A stretch of DNA of 64,000 nt from Candidatus Woesearchaeota archaeon (lineage in GTDB: Archaea; Nanobdellota; Nanobdellia; Woesearchaeales; JABIAG01), in assembly GCA_018653365.1 (NCBI GenBank), contig JABIAG010000003.1, forward strand, positions 158,830-222,829, in the 5' to 3' direction. The notes below the pieces were generated by a model, which was not told the DNA's origin, did not search any database, and worked only from the letters and a program-made list of their open reading frames with translations. Below, in pieces: positions 59,194 through 64,000 of this stretch (positions are counted from its first letter, which is position 1; each line of letters starts with the position of its first letter). Made by a program: the position numbers and the translations under genes.

Positions 59194-60225
59194 ATGATCA
59201 GTTTAGCACAAATTAGGAAAGAATTAGATTCTTGTAAGAAACCATTATTCTTTTTCCATGATGACGCCGATGGTCTGTCATCTTTTTTATTATTATATCG
59301 TTATGTGGGTGAGGGTAAGGGAGTTCCTATCAAATATGGTCCTGGCATTGACGAAACTTTTTTGAGAAGGATAGAGGAATTTTCTCCAGACAAAGTGTTC
59401 ATTACAGATATGGCAATCGTTTCTCAGGAGTTTATTCAACAAGTTAAAGTTCCAATTATCTGGATTGATCACCATCCTGTTTCTGAGGATTTAGACTATA
59501 ATGGAACTAAATATTATAATCCGCGAGTTAAGAATCCTGATAAAAACATTCCTGCAACTAAGATTTGTTATGATATTGTTAAACAGGATTTGTGGGTTGG
59601 GGCAGTTGGAACTATTGGTGACTGGGTTTTCATTCCAAGTTTTATGAAAAAAGTAAGTAACGAATTTCCACAGTTTCTTTCCAAAAAGATCAAGACACCC
59701 GAGGATGCATTATTTAATTCCAAGTTTGGTTTGTTAGCAAGAATTTTTTCTAATGTTCTTAAAGGCAGAATTAGTGAGGTAAACAAGTGTATTAATGTGT
59801 TGACTAGAATTAAAGATCCTGAAGAAATTCTTAATCAGACCTCTTCTCAGGGAAATTTTATTTACAAACGTTACAAACATGTTAACCAGCCATATGCTGA
59901 ACTTTTGGAACGTGCAAAAAAACATGCTTCTGAAGATCCCTTCCTTATATTTTCTTATAAGGCGGATGAATCGTTTACAGGCGAACTTTCTAATGAACTT
60001 CTTTATCTTTATCCTGATAAGGTAACTATTGTTGCTAGAAAAAAATCTGGTGAAATGAGGTGTTCTTTACGTTCCCCCAAAAACATTAGTGTTAAAGATA
60101 TATTAGAAAAGTCTTTAGTTGGAATTGAGGGTAAAGGGGGTGGGCATCCCCAGGCTTGTGGTTGTTCTGTTAGGGAAGAATGTTGGGAAACTTTTATTGA
60201 GAATATGAGAAGAGAACTAGAATAG
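59194..60225 (+). CDS. DHH/DHHA1 phosphoesterase
   Basis: HDDADG, D, IDHH, SLRS, GGGHPQACG. Confidence 0.9.
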   Translation: MISLAQIRKELDSCKKPLFFFHDDADGLSSFLLLYRYVGEGKGVPIKYGPGIDETFLRRIEEFSPDKVFITDMAIVSQEFIQQVKVPIIWIDHHPVSEDLDYNGTKYYNPRVKNPDKNIPATKICYDIVKQDLWVGAVGTIGDWVFIPSFMKKVSNEFPQFLSKKIKTPEDALFNSKFGLLARIFSNVLKGRISEVNKCINVLTRIKDPEEILNQTSSQGNFIYKRYKHVNQPYAELLERAKKHASEDPFLIFSYKADESFTGELSNELLYLYPDKVTIVARKKSGEMRCSLRSPKNISVKDILEKSLVGIEGKGGGHPQACGCSVREECWETFIENMRRELE

Positions 60226-60600
60226 TGCGGTTTTTATACTTGCAATTGCTCTTTTAGGTGCGGGTTCTGGCACTGGTAAATAAGGGGCGCACATGTTGCA
60301 TAAGATTTCTATTGTTTGTGCTTGATCCTGTCGTGAAACCCCTCTGGCTTCATAAACTGGCTGATCGATTAAAAAGTTGTTATTTGTGGGAGAAAAACAA
60401 ACTCGTACTCGTAAATCAGGATCGGATACTCCTCGAATTATTAGAACTTCTCGCCCATGAGTGGGTTTTCTATACGTGAGATTTACTTGACCTACCCTAG
60501 TTGTTTCTCTTGTTCCATCAACTCGCTGTCCGGGTAGAATTGGAACCTCTGTTCCACTGGCACTAAGAACATCATACAATGTTCTTAAATTTGTTTGCAT
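60217..60600 (-). CDS. hypothetical protein
   Basis: 127-aa ORF, TATA-like TTTTATAT upstream. Confidence 0.45.
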   Translation of the reverse strand: MQTNLRTLYDVLSASGTEVPILPGQRVDGTRETTRVGQVNLTYRKPTHGREVLIIRGVSDPDLRVRVCFSPTNNNFLIDQPVYEARGVSRQDQAQTIEILCNMCAPYLPVPEPAPKRAIASIKTALF

Positions 60601-60685
60601 TAACTAACAAGTTAGTCAAGTCAACCATATAAAAGTTGTGTTTTTAAGTTAAATTTATAAATACTTTACATTCTCTTATTCTCAT

Positions 60686-60757
60686 GCGCCGGTAGTCTAA
60701 TGGCTAGGATAGAGGCCTTCCAAGCCTTTGATCAGGGTTCGAATCCCTGCCGGCGCA
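60686..60757 (+). tRNA. tRNA-Gly(TCC), CCA not encoded
   Basis: GCGCCGG/CCGGCGC acceptor stem, GAGGC-CTTCCAA-GCCTT anticodon arm, GGTTCGAATCC; TATA TTTATAAA upstream. Confidence 0.95.
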
Positions 60758-60792
60758 TATTTTATATGCTCTACTGCGTTAAAAATACAAAA

Positions 60793-60942
60793 ATGAATTT
60801 TCAAGACATATTAGGAGCGGGTTTGGTTGTAGTGGGAATTGCCCTTTTGAATAGCAATAAACTTATTGGAATGCTATTTATTGGATTTGGATTAGGTTAT
60901 AATGTACGGCCTTTAATACAAAAAGCTTTTATTAAAAAATAA
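60793..60942 (+). CDS. small 2-TM protein (49 aa)
   Basis: MNFQDILGAGLVVVGIALL...; the track ORF 60700..60942 is over-extended into the tRNA. Confidence 0.5.
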   Translation: MNFQDILGAGLVVVGIALLNSNKLIGMLFIGFGLGYNVRPLIQKAFIKK

Positions 60943-61079
60943 TTAGACGCAGGTGATTGTAGGCTGGCTGCCAGGCACATCCATTTCTTTAACGCTAACG
61001 TATTTAAATATTTCTTAAGTTATTAAACACAACATTTAAAATGCTGATCTCGCTTACTTATTTTGTGGAGGGAATTAAA

Positions 61080-61181
61080 ATGACATCTGAAAAGTTAACC
61101 TGTGATGATATGTGTTTTTTAAAAAAGAAGAAAGGGAAGAAGTTAGATGACGAAATTCATGATAACGAGTGTAAATGTTAA
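61080..61181 (+). CDS. 33-aa Cys/Lys-rich peptide heading the rubrerythrin operon (not in ORF track)
   Basis: SD GGAGGG, MTSEKLTCDDMCFLKKKKGKKLDDEIHDNECKC; stop abuts the rubrerythrin SD GGAGG. Confidence 0.55.
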   Translation: MTSEKLTCDDMCFLKKKKGKKLDDEIHDNECKC

Positions 61182-61191
61182 GGAGGATATT

Positions 61192-61743
61192 ATGAAAACT
61201 GAAGAAAACTTAAAAAAAGCATTTGCTGGCGAAAGTCAAGCAAGAAACAAATACGATTATTTTGCTAAAGTTGCAAGAAAAGAAGGGTATCATTACATTG
61301 CTAAAATTTTTGATGAAACCGCGATTAACGAACAACAACACGCAAAAGACGAATTTAAATTACTAAAAGGAATTAGCAATACTAAAGATAATCTTAAAGC
61401 AGCCATTGAAGGAGAGCATTACGAAACCTCTGAGATGTATCCTCAAATGCAAAAAGATGCAGAAGAAGAGGGTAATGAAGAAGCTGCTAAACTTTTTAAA
61501 GAAGTTGCTGAAGTTGAAGCAGAACATGAAGCGCGTTATAAGAAAATTCTTGAAATGTTAGAAGGCAACACCCTCTACAAACGAGACAAACCTATTCGAT
61601 GGAAGTGTGGTAAATGCGGGTATGTTCATACTGGTACTGAACCTCCTGAAGAGTGTCCGTCATGTAAACATGAAAAAGGATATTTTGAACCTGAATGTAT
61701 GTGTTTTGAAGCTGATTGTGAGAGGTGTGATGATGGCTGTTAA
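61192..61743 (+). CDS. rbr: rubrerythrin with extra Cys-rich C-terminal tail
   Basis: AFAGESQA, E..HA, EHYE...MYP, E..HE, WKCGKCGY...CPSC rubredoxin domain. Confidence 0.93.
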   Translation: MKTEENLKKAFAGESQARNKYDYFAKVARKEGYHYIAKIFDETAINEQQHAKDEFKLLKGISNTKDNLKAAIEGEHYETSEMYPQMQKDAEEEGNEEAAKLFKEVAEVEAEHEARYKKILEMLEGNTLYKRDKPIRWKCGKCGYVHTGTEPPEECPSCKHEKGYFEPECMCFEADCERCDDGC

Positions 61744-62113
61744 AAATGAACTGTATAAGTGTGAAATTTGTGGGAATGTAGTTTCTATTGTTGAAGCTGG
61801 ACCTGGAGAATTAGTTTGTTGCGGACAAGAGATGAATATTCTTACTGCTAAAACCGAAGACGAAGGAAAAGAAAAACACGTTCCTGTTTTAAGTGTTGAA
61901 GGGGATAAAGTTGTTGTTAATGTAGGTAGTATACCTCACCCAATGGATGAAACTCATTTTATTGAACTAGTTCAATTATTTGATGGGGATGAATTAGTTG
62001 GAGAAAAAAAGATTTTTCCAGGGGAACAACCTCGAATTGAATTTGCTGCAAACGTTTCAAATGAATTTAAAGTAAGGGCGTTATGCAATGTTCATGGTTT
62101 ATGGACCTCATAA
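61733..62113 (+). CDS. dfx: desulfoferrodoxin / superoxide reductase
   Basis: YKCEICGN...CCG, EKHVP, HPM...HFI, CNVHGLW; SD GAGGTG before ATG 61733. Confidence 0.93.
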   Translation: MAVKNELYKCEICGNVVSIVEAGPGELVCCGQEMNILTAKTEDEGKEKHVPVLSVEGDKVVVNVGSIPHPMDETHFIELVQLFDGDELVGEKKIFPGEQPRIEFAANVSNEFKVRALCNVHGLWTS

Positions 62114-62709
62114 ACGAGATTAATCACCTTCCTAAAGACGTAACTGCTCTAGTTAATACTAGGTTAAAAGAGTTTACTAATTTAGGAAATGCAACTAATC
62201 TTGAATGGTTTTCAGAACTTTGTTTTTGTATTCTTACGGCTAATTCAAAAGCGGCAACTGCATTAAAGATTCAAGAAGAACTCAATACTTGTTTTCATTC
62301 TGCATCTGAAACCAAGATTAAATCTTGCATCATTAAACACAAACATCGTTTTCATAACAACAAAACAAAGTACATACTTGAGGCAAGAAAGTACAAAAAC
62401 ATTAGGGATATTATCACAAAGCAGGAAAAACCTCGAGAATGGTTGGTTAACAACATTAAAGGTTTAGGTTACAAAGAATCATCTCATTTTTTAAGAAATG
62501 TTGGTTACACTAACTACTCCATTCTTGATCGACATATTATTAATCTGATGAAAGAACATAACTTGATTGAAACTGAAATAACTCTAAACAAGACCGTTTA
62601 TTTACAAATAGAAAAAATATTTATCAAATTAGCAAACAAACTTAATGTAACTCCTGCTAAACTTGATTTATTAATGTGGTTCCTAAAAACAGGAAAAGTA
62701 CTAAAATGA
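62101..62709 (+). CDS. ogg: 8-oxoguanine DNA glycosylase/AP lyase (Ogg2-type)
   Basis: ELCFCILTAN, RFHN.K, IKGLGYKESSHFLRNVG, ILDRHI, W...TGKVLK. Confidence 0.92.
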   Translation: MDLINEINHLPKDVTALVNTRLKEFTNLGNATNLEWFSELCFCILTANSKAATALKIQEELNTCFHSASETKIKSCIIKHKHRFHNNKTKYILEARKYKNIRDIITKQEKPREWLVNNIKGLGYKESSHFLRNVGYTNYSILDRHIINLMKEHNLIETEITLNKTVYLQIEKIFIKLANKLNVTPAKLDLLMWFLKTGKVLK

Positions 62710-63416
62710 TTCAGCATATTAAATTTACAAGTAATAAAAACACGCTTGTAGGAATTTTAGAAAAAAATAATTCTGGTTCCACCATCACAATTCTAGTTCC
62801 GGGGTATAACCAAACAAAAACTCATTTCAGATTTCTTACAAAAAAATTAAGAAAAAATAGTTTAAACTTTTTTACTTTTGATCTTTCAGGGGTTGGTGAA
62901 TCTGATGGGGAGTTTATTAAACAAAACATTTCTTCTTGGTCTAATGATTTAATTTCATCTATTGATTTTGTAAAAAAGAAAGGGTTCGAGATTGTTAACT
63001 TAATAGGTTATAGTATGGGTGGGGCGATTTGTTTAAATGCTTCTTTAAAGAGAAAGATTAGCAAAATGGTTTTAAAAGCCCCTGTTTCTAATCTTGCTAA
63101 AATTATCGAAATGTTTTATCATAATAAAATGGATTTATTTCAAAAAAATAAAAAAATTCATTACTTTAATTTTTATGGTAAAAAAGTATTTCTTTATTAT
63201 CAATTATATTTAGATTCTAAGAAGAATAATCTTCTATTCCCTTATTCAATTTCAACTCCAACTTTATTAATTCAGGGCAGTAAAGATACGTTTGTTCCTG
63301 CTTCGCATACAAGACAATTAGCTAAGTTAATTCCTAATTCAAAGTTAATTCTTTTCAAGAATAAAGGGCATGTACTTTTCAATACTAACGAATTAGTAAT
63401 TGACTGGTTAACGTAA
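62706..63416 (+). CDS. alpha/beta hydrolase
   Basis: FD.SG.GESDG, GYSMGG, QG.KD..VP, GH. Confidence 0.85.
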   Translation: MIQHIKFTSNKNTLVGILEKNNSGSTITILVPGYNQTKTHFRFLTKKLRKNSLNFFTFDLSGVGESDGEFIKQNISSWSNDLISSIDFVKKKGFEIVNLIGYSMGGAICLNASLKRKISKMVLKAPVSNLAKIIEMFYHNKMDLFQKNKKIHYFNFYGKKVFLYYQLYLDSKKNNLLFPYSISTPTLLIQGSKDTFVPASHTRQLAKLIPNSKLILFKNKGHVLFNTNELVIDWLT

Positions 63417-63448
63417 TATTTATATAGTCGCTTTCTAATTTTTATGTT

Positions 63449-64000
63449 ATGAAACTGTTAACCTTGTTTGTTTTATTTATTTTGCTTTTATCTTGTGGTG
63501 TTTTTGGTGCTTCTTCTAGTAAAAGTAAGATGGGTGTTGTTTTTGTTGATGTTGATGAGGTTGATTTGGGGGATGACGTTCAAGTTTTTTTAACTCCTAA
63601 CGGGGGAGGTTTTTATCGTAATGTTTATCTTTGTAAAGAAGGGGGTTCAGGTTACCGTCAGCCTTGTGGTGTTGGGAATCAGTATACGGGGGTTTATTCG
63701 GCTGCTTCGAAGTATTGGCGTGTTTTTAAGCCTACTGAGTTTTTTTTTAATGTTCCTCAACAGTTAGTTGAGGGGGAGTATTTTTTTGCGGTTTATGATT
63801 ATTCTTCTCGTTCTTATGTTAATTCTAAGTCATTTGATGTTAATGCTCTTAGTTTTCCTACAACGGTTTCTTGTTCTAGATCAAAATCTTTTTTTCATCG
63901 GGGTGCTTGCCAGCCTTCTTATTGTTCTATAAATGGGATGGAGCCTGATTCTTTTCGGAATTGTTATCATCGTTCTTATAGTTGGGGGGGGGGGGCTTGG
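63449..64000 (+). CDS. secreted hypothetical protein (partial; runs off window)
   Basis: Open from ATG 63449: MKLLTLFVLFILLLSCGVFGASSSKSKMGVVFVD..., signal peptide, no stop before the window end. Confidence 0.7.
   Translation, partial: MKLLTLFVLFILLLSCGVFGASSSKSKMGVVFVDVDEVDLGDDVQVFLTPNGGGFYRNVYLCKEGGSGYRQPCGVGNQYTGVYSAASKYWRVFKPTEFFFNVPQQLVEGEYFFAVYDYSSRSYVNSKSFDVNALSFPTTVSCSRSKSFFHRGACQPSYCSINGMEPDSFRNCYHRSYSWGGGAW

Noticed and set aside
4916-59925. Many 60-185 aa ORFs antisense or out of frame to recognised genes (for example 4916..5461, 23362..23862, 50568..51125, 56446..56994)
   Set aside because: Shadows caused by biased codon usage; no motifs or translation signals.
60700-60792. N-terminal part of track ORF 60700..60942
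   Set aside because: Reads through tRNA-Gly; the plausible start is 60793.
60943-61000. Short GC-rich intergenic patch (possible sRNA or 13-aa minus-strand ORF MDVPGSQPTITCV)
   Set aside because: No convincing fold, SD or repeat; too little evidence.
63984-63995. Poly-G run as a phase-variation tract
   Set aside because: At the window edge and in frame (W-G-G-G-A); cannot be separated from an assembly artefact.
1-64000. Alternative genetic code, prophage, transposase or defence island
   Set aside because: Conserved genes are full length in code 11 and use all three stop codons; no integrase, transposase, capsid or cas motifs were seen.

Overview
AT-rich archaeal chromosome segment, most likely a DPANN archaeon (Woesearchaeota-like). 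Markers are AglB/STT3, fibrillarin, a short Nop5, aIF5A, L35Ae, L40e, archaeal SecD/F, an intron-containing tRNA-Trp and TATA-type promoters. The first ~24 kb is a surface-glycosylation island: flippase, GT2/GT4/GT9, three SAM methyltransferases, a B12 radical SAM, AglB and a geranylgeranyl-reductase-like gene. It contains an odd module of wHTH-fused pyruvate-kinase-like enzyme, Sat, HAD hydrolase and CysC, flanked by three CDP-alcohol phosphotransferase paralogs; several of these carry non-canonical active-site residues and no sulfotransferase is visible. A PhnD plus cytidylyltransferase operon runs off the left edge. 24-30.5 kb encodes secreted or S-layer-type proteins. At 33.70-33.85 kb a single ORB-like element (CTCCACAGGAAACAAGGGGGT) sits inside 13 TGAGAC hexamers, five of them phased at exactly 11 bp, directly upstream of a small coiled-coil/winged-helix gene. 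This is a candidate replication origin with its own initiator or helper protein and no orc1/cdc6 nearby. The rest is mostly housekeeping, with bacterial-type genes (ArmA/Rmt-like 16S methyltransferase behind fibrillarin, Cfa, Tgt), an oxidative-stress operon with an unannotated Cys-rich peptide, several unannotated small ORFs, a candidate sRNA and small palindromic or inserted elements. All functional calls come from motif recognition by eye; no searches were run.
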